64,000 nucleotides of DNA from Octopus sinensis (GCF_006345805.1 NC_043002.1:61876001-61940000), one strand, 5' to 3'; positions 13,379-27,740 are shown, counted from the stretch's first letter. Notes: generated by a model not told the origin, from the sequence alone. Numbers and translations: made by a program.

Positions 13379-13829
13379 GATTTTTTTCTCGCGGTTACCA
13401 TTTGTTCTGCTGATTAATGTCGATATATACTTTCATTTGGTAACATTTTAGTACCACCCCTAACCTATCGTCGTCGTGTCGGCGTTTTATCAAGTGTCCG
13501 ATAATTTCTTTTGGTTTCTTCTTGGCTTCTTCTTCCTCTCTGACCGTGTTTATGTCTCTAATGACTAAGGAGGCTAATTCTTGCATGGAAGTGTCTATTG
13601 CAATGTTCACAAGGGATGTGTGGTGGAGGCTTTAATTGTTTCAGCCTCCATTTTCTTTCTTGTCGTTTCTCTTCCTCTTTCCTTTATCATTCACCTTCAA
13701 TATGATTTGTCAGAGTGGAGATGGAATGGTGCAAGCCACGCCTCTCTTGAGCATCAATATCCCAAGCTTTGGGATCGATTGCAGTCAAACTGATTCTTTA
13801 CATATCTTACGCCAATATTTGCCTTATTA

Positions 13830-14012
13830 GTGAGGCAGTGACCTGTTGGAATCACCAGCATGCCGGGCGAAATGTTCAACAGTATTTCGTCTGTCTTTAT
13901 GACCTGTGTTCAAATTCCGTCGAGGTCGACTTCGCATTTCACCCTTCGGTGTTGAGAAAATAAGTACCAGTTTAACATTGACTAACTCTCTTCCTCGAAA
14001 TTTCTGCTTTTC
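13830..14012 (+). mobile_element. SINE family B
   Basis: gccgggcgaaatg...gttcaaattccgtcgaggtcgac...aagtaccag. Confidence 0.75.
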
Positions 14013-14429
14013 AACCAAAATTTAAAATCAATATTAGTATTATTAGTAACCTGCATAGACTTGCAAAATTCTCCTCCTCGAATAAGTGAACTTTCGTGAT
14101 TTTGGAGTATGTGCAGTTTAAATTTCGCTTTGTCGTGTAATAGATTTATTGAAACTCGTAATATAATCGTATTTCGCTTTAAAGATAGAAAAATGTGTTT
14201 GCAATGTGAATTGTTTTATTTTACTGTTTAATAATCCCATGATCTGTGGGATTCGTATAATATGTTTTAATAATGGGCGGTGATTGCATGAAGTATGTGA
14301 ATGTGATTTGTATTATTTTGCTATTCACTGCTTATATTTCGCATATGCTTTGTCATGTTATATAGTCGGCTGTTATATAAAAGTGTGTGTTATATTATTT
14401 CAAAATATTTTATAGGAAAATAAGAAAAA

Positions 14430-14760
14430 CAAAGCAGCGTGTGGCGCATCATTTCTTATTGTGTAAGCATTACAAACTTGTGGTCTGTGCCTAGCTGGAT
14501 TCTTCTCCAGCGATGTGTAACGTTGTGAGCCTACATATTGAGGCTTGTTTGTGGTGGTTCTCAGTTTTTTGGCATAAATTTCCGAATTAATTTTGGTACT
14601 GATTATTTCTGTCTATCTTTTGTCCTTCCGTGTTAAATATTTTGTTGACCAAGTCTTGCGGTTTCAATCAACACGCACATAATTTTGTTCTAAGCCTTAC
14701 GTTTGGACGGTTTGCTGTCTTGTCTTTACGGCCTATATCATTGTGGTTATGCAGTCGTCG
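14430..14760 (-). mobile_element. Heavily decayed R4/Dong-like endonuclease remnant
   Basis: Minus strand gives DKTANRPNV...LIETA...NTEGQKIDR, resembling ANRPDIV...LIDV...EMEKLSKY in the intact copies. Multiple frameshifts are required. Confidence 0.35.
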
Positions 14761-15589
14761 GGAGACAGGCACAAAGATTATGACTTTAGAAGCCTTTCGA
14801 AATCGTTGTGTTTGAGTGCGTTCATGTTCTTTTGTAAGAAAACACCTATAGATATGAGAAAGAAGGAAACATGAGAAGCGGGTAAGGCATTAGAAAGAGG
14901 AAGATAAGAGAGGAAGGTTGTTCAAGGAATGAATGTTAGGATACAATGTTGTTGCAGGCAGAGGCGATATCGAGGCATCAAAAGTGATGAAATGCGTAGG
15001 TGGGGCCTTTCACTGAATGGCGACACCAACTAGCTCCGTGGAGTGAAGGGCATCATTATACCGTATTTCAATATGTGCACGTTAACGTCATGGCATATTA
15101 TATATTCAAATTAGCAGTCCCCCAGCAAGACAGTATGTGAAAATATCAAACCTTAAAAGGTTGTTTTCAGTCAGAGATGAGAATCTCCGTCCCATTGTAC
15201 ACAGTGCATAGATTGCAATCATGTTAGCATCGCTTTGTATATTATACATTCGTAGATATTTACGATTAGATATTTATCTTTTGAATCTAAAATAAGATGT
15301 AATTTTTTGGTTGTATATTCCTCTCTCTCATCTCTTGTATGTTGTTAGTAATGCATTGTTCTATCTTTTCCCTTCTTTTCCACTTCAGAATAGTTAAGAG
15401 TGTTGCTTAGATTTTATTTTATATTTCAGTTGCTTTGTCTTTATGAATATAATTTTCACCAATGCAATTAATATCCACATTGTTCATTACCGTATCCGGG
15501 CATGCACGTATGTATGTATGTATGTATGTATGTATGTATGATGTATGTATGTATGTATGTATGTATGTATGTATGTATGTATTCAATAT

Positions 15590-15790
15590 GTAACCGCGTG
15601 TGTATCGTTGGCGATTTTCTTTCTCCGTCTACCCTTCTTTGGAATTTTTCTTTTTTTTCTATATTTCTGATGAAGAGCTCCGCTCGAAACGTTAAAGCTC
15701 CTTCTTTCCTTTCCTGAACGTCCAATAACACTATACTTATTGCACGTCCTCGCGTCGTTGTGTTTTCTCTTTGTTCATGTTTGGATTAAC
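15590..15790 (+). mobile_element. Solo PLE pLTR-like repeat with a minimal hammerhead (core at 15667-15693)
   Basis: ttt CTGATGA a gagc tcc gctc GAAA CGTT aaa. Stem II is gagc/gctc, stem III is the minimal palindrome ACGT, and stem I is weak. Confidence 0.55.
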
Positions 15791-16667
15791 TATATATATA
15801 TATATATATATATTTATACATGCCTTTAGTTGTGTTTGTTTGCTTGTGTGTGTTCCTTTTTCGTATATATTATATTTGTTAGCTTCCACTTACTAACTTC
15901 TAATTACTTTTCTAGCGTAGCTGTTGTCATTTCGCAGCAGTCTTCTCTTTTCACCTTGTGTACGATGCATTTACATTTTATCAATATCAGTTTGCATATA
16001 GTGAATCACAACGCTATTCCTACTTTATCCAATTCTCTAAGTCGATCATATCTCTTCCGTACATTCTACAGTCTATAATTATCATATCTGGTGTATTTAC
16101 AACAACATTCTGTAAATTTATTTCATATTATCTGACTCAGAACAACCGGGCAAAATGGTCAGCGTCATTCTGTACACAGTTCCATTCCTGCCGAAGTCGA
16201 CTTTGCCATTTATGCTTCAAGTGTCAATTGACTAAGTACCACTGTGGTAGAAGTAATCAACTTAAACCCTCAACGGAAGTTAAGAGTCTTGTTTCAAAGT
16301 TTGAAACCAATATTTATTGACTTTTCTGTAATAATCTATTTAAAAAAAAATTCTCATACAATTGAATATGAGATATTTTATATATTTATCTCTACGTAAA
16401 TACGCGTGAGAGGAGATCATGTCTAATCTTCTGACAGCATATTCATATCGTATTTAATCTTCGCAGTCTTAATTAATTTATCTCTTCTTAATACAGCTGT
16501 TTAATCCCATAGTACATTCTATGTCTATCTGAATCATCACCATCATCATCATCGTCATCGTCATCATCATCATCGTTTTCCTACTTATTATCATCGTGAT
16601 CCTCCTCCTCCCTCTCCTCCTCCTCCTCCTCCTCCTCCTCCTCCTCATCATCATCATCATTACTTAC

Positions 16668-16850
16668 GACGGTGAGCTGGTAGAATCGTGAGCGCGTTTG
16701 ACGAAATGCTTAACTGTATTTCGCCAGTCACTAGGTTCTGAGTTGAAATTCCACTGAGGTCGATTTTAACTTTCATCCTTTAAGGTTCAATAAATTAAGT
16801 ACCAGTGAAACACTGTGTTCGATGTAATTGTCTAGTCTCACCTCCATCAT
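16668..16850 (+). mobile_element. SINE family B
   Basis: ggtgagctggtagaatcg...gagttgaaattcc...taagtaccag. Confidence 0.75.
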
Positions 16851-16882
16851 ATTTCAGGTCTTGTGCCTTTATTACAAAAGAG

Positions 16883-16883
<1 letters not shown>

Positions 16884-16932
<49 letters not shown>

Positions 16933-16951
16933 TATTATTATTATTATTATT

Positions 16952-17030
<79 letters not shown>

Positions 17031-17046
17031 TATTATTATTATTATT
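16884..17046. repeat. (ATT)n-(CAT)n-(ATT)n array at the 3' end of a LINE copy
   Basis: Directly visible. Confidence 0.95.
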
Positions 17047-17466
17047 CAGTAGCTTTATTTTTATAGCGTGCTTTCACTTCACTACCGAGCGCAGTTCTCT
17101 GTGCCTTGGGTATGTGCTGTGATTTGTTGTGATGCTCTGATGGTTATTGTATGGAGAGTGTTTTGCGTAGTATGTGTGCAGTGCCTAGTAGTGCAATTTT
17201 CTGTATGTCATATGTGTTTGTAAGTCCTGGTGTTTTTGTTATGTATTTGTCTGGATATTTTTTTTATCATGCCTAATGCACCTACTATGATAGGAATTGG
17301 TTCTGTTTTTAGATTCCAAATTCGAGTTACCTCTATTCCCAGGTCTTTGTATTTTGAAAGTTTCTCCATTTCTTTTAGAGTCACGTTGTCATGTGCTGGT
17401 ATTAATACATCAATTAGAAAGCATTTGTTTCTTCATGATCTTTGACAACTATATCTCTGACAACTA

Positions 17467-17469
<3 letters not shown>
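17047..17469 (-). mobile_element. Short 5'-truncated R4/Dong-type LINE
   Basis: Near-identical to 17543-17950 (end of the endonuclease plus 3' UTR cagtag...atggtta); flanked on both sides by (ATT)n. Confidence 0.92.
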
Positions 17470-17542
<73 letters not shown>

Positions 17543-17545
<3 letters not shown>

Positions 17546-19690
17546 TAGTTTTATTTTTATAGCGTGCTTTCACTTCACTACCGAGCAGAGCTCTGTGTGC
17601 CTTGGGTGTGTGCTGTGATTTGTTGTGATGCTCTGATGGTTATTGTATGGAAAGTGTTCTGCGTAGGATGTGTGCAGTGCCTAGTAGTGCAATTTTCTGT
17701 ATGTTATATGTGTTTGTAAGTCCTGGTGTTTTTGTTATGTATTTGTCTGAATATTTTTTTATCATGCCTAATGCACCTACTATGATAGAAATTGTTTCTG
17801 TTTTCAGATTCCACATTCTAGTTACCTCTATTTCCAGGTCTTTGTATTTTGAGAGTTTCTCCATTTCTTTTAGAGACACGTTGTCATCAGCCGGTATTGA
17901 TACATCAATTAGAAAGCATTTTTTTTCTTCATGATCTCTGACAACTATATCTGGTCTGTTGGCCTTAATTTCTCTATCTGTGTGTATCGGCATATCCCAG
18001 AGTATGGTTGCTTTCTCGTTTTCTGTGACCTTTTCTGGTGTGTGCCTATACCATCTTTTTTCTGTTGTTATTCCATAATGTTGGCATAGCTTCCAATGTA
18101 TGTAGGTTCCAACTCTGTCATGTCTGTGAATATATTCCTTCTTAGCCAAGACTGGGCAGCTAGAGATAATATGATTTATTGTTTCTTGTCCATCTCCACA
18201 TATTCTGCAGTTACTTATAATATTTCTTTTCATTACATGTTTTTGGTAATTTCTGGTGGGGAGGCTTTGGTTTTGTGCTGCAATTAAAAATCCCTCTGTT
18301 CTGCTTTGAGTCCCGACCTTCTCAACCATTGCTGGGAGTTTTCTTTGTCTATTTCTTTTGCGTTTAGTTTAGTCCAGTATTTACCATGAAGGGGCTTTTC
18401 TTGCCATCGTTTTATCATGGTTCTTTGCTGTTCTATTTTTAGTTTGGATTTCATTTGTTTTATAGCTTTTGTTGTTTCTTCATCTTCTTCTTCTTCTTCA
18501 TGTTTATTAGGTGGTATGATTTCTTGTTTGTATTTGTCAGCTTCCTTAAATACTGAGAACAGTTTTTTGTTTTGCTCGTGTTTTGCCGCTATCTGGATCA
18601 GTTTTCCTTCCTTCTGAAGTAGATATTTTTGCAGTCCTATGGTGGTTATTTTATAGTAGTTTTCCAGCTGTATAAGGCTTCTACCACCTTCTATACGTTG
18701 TATATATAGTCTTTCTATGTCAGATTTTGGGTGATGCATCCTAGATCCTGTCATTATTTTTCTTGTTTTCCTATCTATTTTGGTCAGTTCATTTCGTGTC
18801 CTGTTAAGGATATTGTAGCTGTAACTTATAACTGGGACAGCTAAAGTGTTGATACCTATTATCTTGTTTTTAGCATTGAGCTCTGTGTTTAGTATTGATC
18901 TAACTCGTCTATAATATTCTTTTTTTTATTTTCTCTTTCATTTGTGTGTGTTGTGTATTATCTAGTTCATGGATTCCTAAGTACTTGTAAGTTTGGCTTT
19001 GGTCTAATTCTTATATTTCATTGGTTTTATCTAGTGTGATGTTGTTACTCTTAACTAGTTTTCCTCTTTTCAGGGTTACTTTGGCGCATTTTTCTAATCC
19101 AAATTTCATATCTATTTCTTTGGTAAATCCATGAACTGTCTTTAATAGTGTTTCCAGCTGTTTGTCATTTGCAGCGTATAGTTTTAGGTCATCCATATAT
19201 AAAAGGTGGCTGATCGTTTTGCCGTAACATTTATATCCGCATCCAGTTCTATTTAGCATATCAGATAGAGGTGACAGTGCCAAGCAGAAAAGGAGTGGAG
19301 AGAGCGTGTCTCCCTGGAATATTCTTTGGTTTTCATGTGTCCTTCTTTTGTTTGGAGGTGTAGGACTGTTTGCCATTTATTCATAGAGTGCTCTATGAAT
19401 TTTATGATTGTTGGTGCTACTTTGTTAATGGCTAGTGTTTCGAGGATCCATGTGTGGGCGATGCTATCAAACGCCTTTTTGTAGTCAATCTAGGCCATAC
19501 TGAGGCCTTTCTTCTTTCTGTGGCTGTCTTCAGTTATGGCTTTATTAATCATTAGTTGATCTTTACAGCCATATGAGCCTTTGCGGCATCCTTTCTGCTC
19601 TTCTGGGAACAGTTTGTTTTCGTCCAGGTGCTTGTTCAGCCTTTGTGATATCACTGCAGTAAATGCCTTGAACATAGTAGGGAGGCAGGT
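17543..19690 (-). mobile_element. 5'-truncated R4/Dong-type (RLE) non-LTR retrotransposon, frameshifted
   Basis: RT motifs (TCLPTMFK, EEQKGCRKG, FQGDTLSPLLF, HLLYMDDLKLYA), CCHC finger (CRICG...HIISSC), RHD motif and PD-(D/E)XK endonuclease (RPDIVV...LIDV...EKLSKY). Flanked by (ATT)n. The clade call rests on these motifs and on microsatellite targeting. Confidence 0.9.
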
Positions 19691-19695
19691 TATTA

Positions 19696-19758
<63 letters not shown>

Positions 19759-19775
19759 GTTAATATTATTATTAC

Positions 19776-19816
<41 letters not shown>

Positions 19817-19829
19817 TATTATTATTATT

Positions 19830-20010
19830 AAGGCAATAAGCTGGCACAATCGTTAGCACGCCGAACAAGATGCTTAGCGGCATTCCGTCCGTTTTTACAG
19901 TCTGAGTTCAAATTCTGCCGATGTCGAATATGCCTTTCACCATTTCAGGGTGAAAGTAAGTACCAGTTGAACACTGGTGTCAATGTAATTCCTGCCCTTG
20001 TGGCAGCATT
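19830..20010 (+). mobile_element. SINE family B
   Basis: aagctggcacaatcgttagcacgccg...gagttcaaattctgccg...aagtaccag. Confidence 0.75.
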
Positions 20011-20184
20011 TGACACCATTATTAGTAACAGTAGCATTTCTTCTCTTTTCAGTGTTGTTTCTATTTCTTGCCGAATGTCTTCCCGACACATAAGGCAAGA
20101 AAGTTCGCTGTATACATTGATATACAATTATAAATAAACACACTAAATGACGTTATGTAAAAAAAACGCTTATGTGTCTGGTAA

Positions 20185-20560
20185 TCGTTTTCATAGCGAC
20201 AATGCTCTTCTCAATACGTATGGCGTACCAATTAAAACACTTTTACGTCTTGAATGGCTGGTAAACCACGGGGCATTCTCAAATAATTTCCTTCTTTGAT
20301 TATTCCAAGCGCTTCTACAATCACTCATATTGTAACTGCTTGGAAATGTTACATGCTCGATTTCATTGAGCAAATCTTTACATTTTCTGAACTTGTTAAA
20401 TTTTTTCACCGAGATATTATCATCAGAAGGTATACTTATGTCAATCAATAAACAAACTTCATTATTTTGCACTTTTAAAGAAATATCCCAGAGTTTGCTT
20501 TGAGCGTTCAATCTGCATGTACTGGAAAGTCCCAAATATTTGTTACATTTTCTACTTAAG
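20185..20560 (-). mobile_element. Older R4/Dong-like LINE 3' fragment
   Basis: ORF 20191-20535 contains LWD...CLLIDISIPSDDNISVKKFNKFRKCKDL...LIGTPYVLRRAL. Confidence 0.8.
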
Positions 20561-21237
20561 TTCCAGCCTCGGGGTGGCGCTTACACCAGTTGTCAAAAAT
20601 CTTAATTCTGTAACGTCAACGTAATAACCACTGTAAATATTGGCCAATACTGTCTTGTCATAACTTATATTGTACTCTTGTTATTGTAATTATTTTTATT
20701 GTTTAAATGCTTATTGTTTGAGTGTTCTACCATCTCTTCAAATCTCTCGCTATATCCTTATATTTCTCAATTGTTTTAGTCGCTAAGTTTCGGAACAAAC
20801 CCTCCTAATGAGGTGAAAAACATGAAAACATTCAGTTGTAGACACAAAATTCAATTGTTTCTAATAAAACAGTTATCATAAATCTCGGAAAAAATCGGTA
20901 AACATGCTCAATTTATATACCGCCGAATAGAAAGATTTAAAGGCGACATTCATTTACATACATACATGCATTCACACATACATACATACACACACGCGTT
21001 GATATATGCATACTTTCATGCGTGCATACATATACTTACATAGCCAATTGCCAAAAACCTGACACGCACACACCCACTCGTAGCAGGTTCATAAACAGAC
21101 AAACAAACTCGCCCTCTATAATGGACAGAGTTGGAAGCCATTGAGAAGGTTGCAAAAATGAAACGGAAGAGCTTTGACGAAAAAAATGGATACTTGATAA
21201 GTGTTTGGAATTGAAACAGAGTTTGTGTTAATTATAT

Positions 21238-21452
21238 TCTTTTCTACTCTAGGCACAAGGCCCAAAATATTTTGGGGAGGAAGGCCAGTCGATTAGATCA
21301 ACCCCCAATACGTAACTGGTTCTTAATTTATCGACCCTGGAAGGGTGACAGGCAAAGTCGACTTCGGTGGAATTTGATCTCAAAACGTAAAGACAGACGA
21401 AATACCGCTAAGCATTTCGCCCGACGTGCTAACGCTTCTGCCAGTTCGCCGC
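21238..21452 (-). mobile_element. SINE family B, full-length
   Basis: Complete from the head (gcggcgaactggcagaagcgttagcacg) to the tail (ggccttgtgcctagagtagaaaaag). Confidence 0.85.
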
Positions 21453-21707
21453 TTTGTGTTTTAATTATATTGGCATGTTGATTCTCCCTAGACAAAACAA
21501 TACATACATACATGCATGCATACATACATACATACATATACACATGCATTCATGCATACATCTTTTCATAAATACATACATATCATATCAGAACAATTAT
21601 TGTCTCTCCCCTCCCGCTCTTCAATATACTAAGAAGTTCAAAATCATCATCTGTTGTCCTCAGGGGTTTATTATCCATGGGGGTAAATGTCCTAGACTCA
21701 TTCATTC

Positions 21708-21780
<73 letters not shown>

Positions 21781-22648
21781 CATATATATATATAATATAT
21801 ATATATATATGTATATATGTGTGCGTATGTTGGTGTATATCTATAAATTGATGGATGCGTCTTTGTACTTACACCGAATGGCCTGAGTGCGTACAAATGT
21901 GTGCGTATGTATGTGAGTGAGTACTAGTATGTGTCGACATAGGCGTAGGTGTGGAACAATGAAGGTTCCGATATTGATATGGATCATAGGATAATAATCA
22001 CCCATTAAATCTAAAGACGGAAATCACATCCCCACCAAATTCTTGACCTCGCTGTCACACTTGCCTGCCATAACCAGTCGTCAAATTCACCACACGTTTA
22101 TGGGTCATTCAATCCCATGCCAATTAACACCTCTCTCCTTTTACATTTTATTCTCTGCATGTATTTTATCAACAGCTTTCTGTCTACAGAAACCAAGTAT
22201 TCTTGCTTCACCAACGTGTGTGAAATATTAGCAACACACCCTAACACTAACATCTAGTTTGGAGCAAAATGTAAATCCCATAAATTTTGAAGCCTATTAT
22301 GGGACCTGATGAAGCTCCTTACACTGCGAGATGCGTCTTATGTCATTACATCGTTCCCCACCCACACGGGAGCAGTGCAGAAGGCTGCCGTAATGATTGT
22401 TGTGCTGAATAAAGCTTATTGTTACACTCCCTCTTCCGTTTCATAATTTAGTATATACTCAATGTGCACCTAAGAAACTTTTACATTGATCCAGCGACGA
22501 GAGCGCAGTACCGTGGATGACGTCTGGTAGTCATAAATGGGAAACTTGCTCTGCAGGAACACTGCCTGGGACTTACTAGAATCAAGGTTTCGATACTGAC
22601 TTTTAACGTCTTCTATCAAAACTTTAAGTTTAATTTTAAATTTGAATA

Positions 22649-22930
22649 GGCGCAGGAGTGGCTGTGTGATAAGTTTGGTCGACGGAAACTCAAAGAAGCC
22701 CGTCGTATATGTGTGTGTGTGTGTGAATTTTGTGTGTCTGTGTTTCTCCCCACCCAACAACGCTTGACAACCGATGCGGGTGCGTTTGCGTCCCCGTAAC
22801 TTAGCGGTTCGGCAACAAGTGCCGATAGAATAAGTACGTAAGTACTAGGCTTACAAAGAATAAGTCCCGGTGTCAACTAATGGCGATGCTCTAGCATGGC
22901 CGCAGTAAAATGACTGAAACAAGTAAAAGA
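22649..22930 (+). mobile_element. SINE family A with internal deletion
   Basis: ggcgcaggagtggctgtgtg is joined directly to tttggtcgacggaaact; tail gactgaaacaagtaaaaga. Confidence 0.8.
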
Positions 22931-22935
22931 ACAAA

Positions 22936-22969
<34 letters not shown>

Positions 22970-24149
22970 CATATATATTATATAGAGGGCATCATTACAC
23001 ATAAATGCCACACGCTAGGAGGGACTTTCAAAGTCATTACTACCAAAAATAAACGAATCGTACCAAATACAGCTCTTGAAGCAAGACATATATATATATA
23101 TACACACATATATATATATATATGTATATTGATAATTCACAAACTCACTACGTTAGTTTAGGTGAGAAAGTGATATGCGGAAGCGCACTGTAAGTGACCT
23201 TCATAGCAGTCAGAGTTGTGATCTGGTATTTGTCCTTTATATAATACTGTATGTGTGTTGGAAGTCAGAATGGAAATTATCATATTGTTGTCTCTCATTG
23301 ATATTTTAGTTGGATGGTGTATGGACGTAAATTTATTGGTGTGTATTTATTGCTTATTATCTGATGCATAATTTATTTATGGTTAGCTGCATGCCTATCC
23401 AATCTGCAAAAGCTGTGGATAAATCGATATTTAAAATGTATTTAGACTAAAATGATACTGTCAGTTTCAAGTTTCCAAGGACGTATCCTATTCCAGAAAT
23501 TCATGAACCTTTACATAGCACCAGATCCAATTCTCAACATTGAAGAAATTTTCCACAGGAAGTGTACATTTTATAGTTGTATAAGCTTCAACTACATAAT
23601 GGTGTATATAATACTTTTTTTTTATTGTATTAAATCTCTTTAATCTGTACTTCTATTATTGATTGATGTAAAATACAAAAGATTTGCTGGAGCTTATATA
23701 ATATCTAATTTGATATAAATTTATTTATGGAATATTTTACTCCGCTCTGGAAATATTCGGGTATCTAAATTGAAATCTCTTTCGTTTTAAAATGTGTCCC
23801 GTGTAATTTAAACTGAGATAAATAATGATTAATATACATCGAATGATACTTAAACGCACACACAGATGCATTTAAACGTGTATATAAATATATTTCTAAA
23901 TATACGAGTATATACACGTATATATGTATATATTTATGTGCACACATTATATATACATAGAATAATATGGGCGCTATTTATTAATAACAATGAAAGAATA
24001 TCATTTACATGACGCAATTTTAGGTTCGGAAGTGGAGGACGTTCTCAAAGTTAACATCAAACAACCGCCCACTTCGTAAATTAACATCGCTAGGGATCCT
24101 TCTATTACTGAAATAAAATCATAAATAAAATTCCCATTCATCCATCCAA

Positions 24150-24159
24150 TCATGCGTAT

Positions 24160-24242
<83 letters not shown>

Positions 24243-24438
24243 GATATATATATATATATATATATACATATTATATATACATATATATTCGTATATATGT
24301 ATATGTATATATATATATATTATATATATATGTATACATATATATATATAATATATATATATATATGTATGTATTATATATATATACATATATATATATA
24401 TAATATATATATATATGTATATATATATATATGTATAC

Positions 24439-24474
<36 letters not shown>

Positions 24475-24540
24475 ATATATATATATATATATACGTATTA
24501 CATATATATATATATGTATATATATATATATCGAAAGATA
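24150..24540. repeat. (CA)n/(TA)n array
   Basis: Directly visible. Confidence 0.95.
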
Positions 24541-25139
24541 TATCTATGCATAAATACACATATCTATTTATAAATATACATATGCATACATATTTATCAA
24601 TCCATGTATTTATGCATATTAAAGCTATTTACCTCTAAGTAATATGAATGTGCATAGTTGTTCACTCTCTCGCTCTTGCACACTATATGCACAGGAAGGA
24701 AACAGGTAAGAATATGGCGTCCACAGTACAGCGATTTGTGCCAAATCATCTTTATCGTGATGCATTCAATTAGAATATTCTTCTAAGATATCTGACGTCA
24801 TTTCTGCCCACCTTTCAAATGGTGTCTTATGCTGTCTTTTAAAAGAACATTGCATTCGAAAATGGAAAATACCGCAAAAGTCAGCAAAACTAACCAAATT
24901 TTTTGGTAACTTTCTTCGTTTTCCTCATAATTTTTAATGAACAATTGTTGCTGGCATTGTTAAGAACGCCAAAAATGCTTTCTTCTATTAGGATAGCGGA
25001 CCCTCAGCATTTGTAATCAAGTGTGAGACCTGGAAAAATATATATCCTTTCGATGTCGCTTGTCTAATCTCTCTTTCCATCCGTCCGTTCGTATCTGTTT
25101 GTCCGTGTGTGTGGGGTATCCACTGTATTTGTGTTTATC

Positions 25140-25140
25140 G

Positions 25141-25183
<43 letters not shown>

Positions 25184-25241
25184 AAGCAATTTGAAACTAC
25201 CACTACAACTATTACTACTACTACTACTACTACTACTACTA

Positions 25242-25322
<81 letters not shown>

Positions 25323-25325
25323 TAA
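25140..25325. repeat. (CTAT)n-(ACT)n-(AAT)n compound array
   Basis: Directly visible. Confidence 0.95.
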
Positions 25326-25869
25326 TAGCAATACTAATAATTATAACAATAATAATACATAATAATGCAGTATTTTGCATATGCTACTACGTAGCATATA
25401 AGATGAAAATTTTTTCTCTCTTTTTAAAAATAAAATCATTCATAAATCCCTTTTTCTAACTCACTTCAAGAGCCATGTACGTAAGGCGTATTTGAAAATC
25501 CCTTTTTGAAATTAATCTTTTGGTAAAGGAGAAAAACATGAAAAACTGAATGGTTTTGGAGAGGTATACCTTTTGCCTTGCAGATATTCATAAATGGAAG
25601 CCAAATTCGTCATTCTTCATGTATCTTTGCTTGACATTTGAGTGCAAGGTAATGAATTTCTGTTGGGTTTCTGACGGACGTTCTTCTATAAGTTTCTGAC
25701 TTGGATGTTGAATGTTGTTATATCCATATATTTTTTTCTTGGAAAGTGAGGTACTTTGTTGAATTTGTAACTAGCTCAAAAGTATTTAAAAGAAAATGGA
25801 AAGCTTACCATACGCTTGAATTTTCAAAGAAGCGAGATTATGCATGTATGAATATGTATGTATGCATGC

Positions 25870-25913
<44 letters not shown>

Positions 25914-26133
25914 TATATATATAAGTGTGTGTGTGTGTGTGTATATATGTATATGCATATGTATATATATACATACATATATATTCATACATACATGCAT
26001 GTTTATATATGGAGAGAGATAAAGAGGAGGGAGAGAGAGAGCACGCGCGAGAAAGTGGTGAAGATAGATAAATAGATAGATACGAATAGTAGATAGATAC
26101 ACACACGCATATATACATACAGACATATACATG

Positions 26134-26168
<35 letters not shown>

Positions 26169-26181
26169 GTCTGAATTTATC

Positions 26182-26223
<42 letters not shown>

Positions 26224-26340
26224 CACACATAACATTATAGGTATGTATGTGTATATGTGTATATATGTTTGTGTGCGTCTGTGTGTGTATACAAACACAC
26301 ACCACACACACACACACACACGTAGGAGCACACACAGGCA

Positions 26341-26506
26341 CACACACATATATACGTCAGGCTTCTTTCAGTTTCCATTTACTAAATCTTCTTACAAAAC
26401 TTTGGTCAGGCCGAGGCTATAGTAGAAGACACACGCCTAACGCACCACGCAAGGGGACTTGAGGCGAAACCATGTGGTAGGGAACCAAGCTTCTTACAAC
26501 ACACCC
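26341..26506 (-). mobile_element. SINE family A, 5' half
   Basis: gcttctttcagtttcc...gaggctatagtagaagacac...accatgtggtagggaacc. Confidence 0.75.
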
Positions 26507-27653
26507 AAAATTAACGATTAATAGCTGTTGTTATTTTATTATGCATCTCTGTGAATTTATGATCCCACAAACGAGCGACATAAATAAGTGTCAGGTTTTT
26601 AAAGATAAGTACTGCATTCGATTTTGTTCGTCTATAACCTTTATAACTGTTGCTCCAGAATGGCCGTATTGCAATACCTAAAATACGTAAGAGAAATATG
26701 ATAAGAGTTATATTACAATTTTTAATCAAAAGAATCTAGAACACGGTACACATAATACTTAAATTACACGATTATATTTTCAAGAGCTGAATATGAAAAA
26801 ATTCGTTAAAAATTGAATCACTAAAAATAGAATAAAAAGGTAAATTGAAATCACCCGAAAGATGATGTTAGTTACCTACACAAAACTGAATACAATAATC
26901 TACAAAGAGCAGCCAAATGTTGCCGTGTGCAGCATGTACTGAGAATATTCCCAATTTCATTTTAATGAAACAAGGCTTCCTCAAGTGAAAATAACAATTC
27001 ACAAACATTATGTATTTTACCTTGAAAAATTTTGCAGGAACACTATATTAGCTGTTGAATATCATGGAAATACAATATTGGCAAAATGGATCAGTAAATT
27101 CTCTGGAGGATGACTCTGAATCCTCACCAAATTAAAAGGCCATACACAAGAAAAATGATTCAGAGTGAACATATTCATAATTATTCGAAACATACGTTGT
27201 TATATTATACGTATGTCTTCTGAAGTTGACGTACGGATTTAATTTACCAATTAACACCACTGAATGTTTAGCAACACGAGAGAGAAACACGTATAGATTA
27301 GAAAGAAAAGTAATCTAGGAGCAGCAGTTGTAATCACGGGAAACCACTTCAAGATGTACGAGTGCACACTTACTGTTGCATCACCTTTTCATAACATTTA
27401 TTTATAAAATGTATAATATGAAAAACTCAGCAACAAATAGCTATAACTAATGCACAGAAACAAGTGTTGTAGGTTGTGATTAAAAGTTTCGTAATTCCAT
27501 AAGTATGTTTTTATATGATTCCTGCATCATCTAACGGATTTCCCTTTCTGTATGCAGCAAAAGGAGTATTCCTGCCGTATGATAATATATGACAGCCAAT
27601 AACAGGAGCATTGAAATATACGTTAGCAGCTTACTACCCAGTTGATATTATAT

Positions 27654-27740
<87 letters not shown>

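Noticed and set aside
25470-25760. Faint mariner-like terminal sequence (tacgtaaggcgtatttgaaaa)
   Set aside because: No partner inverted repeat or transposase motif found.
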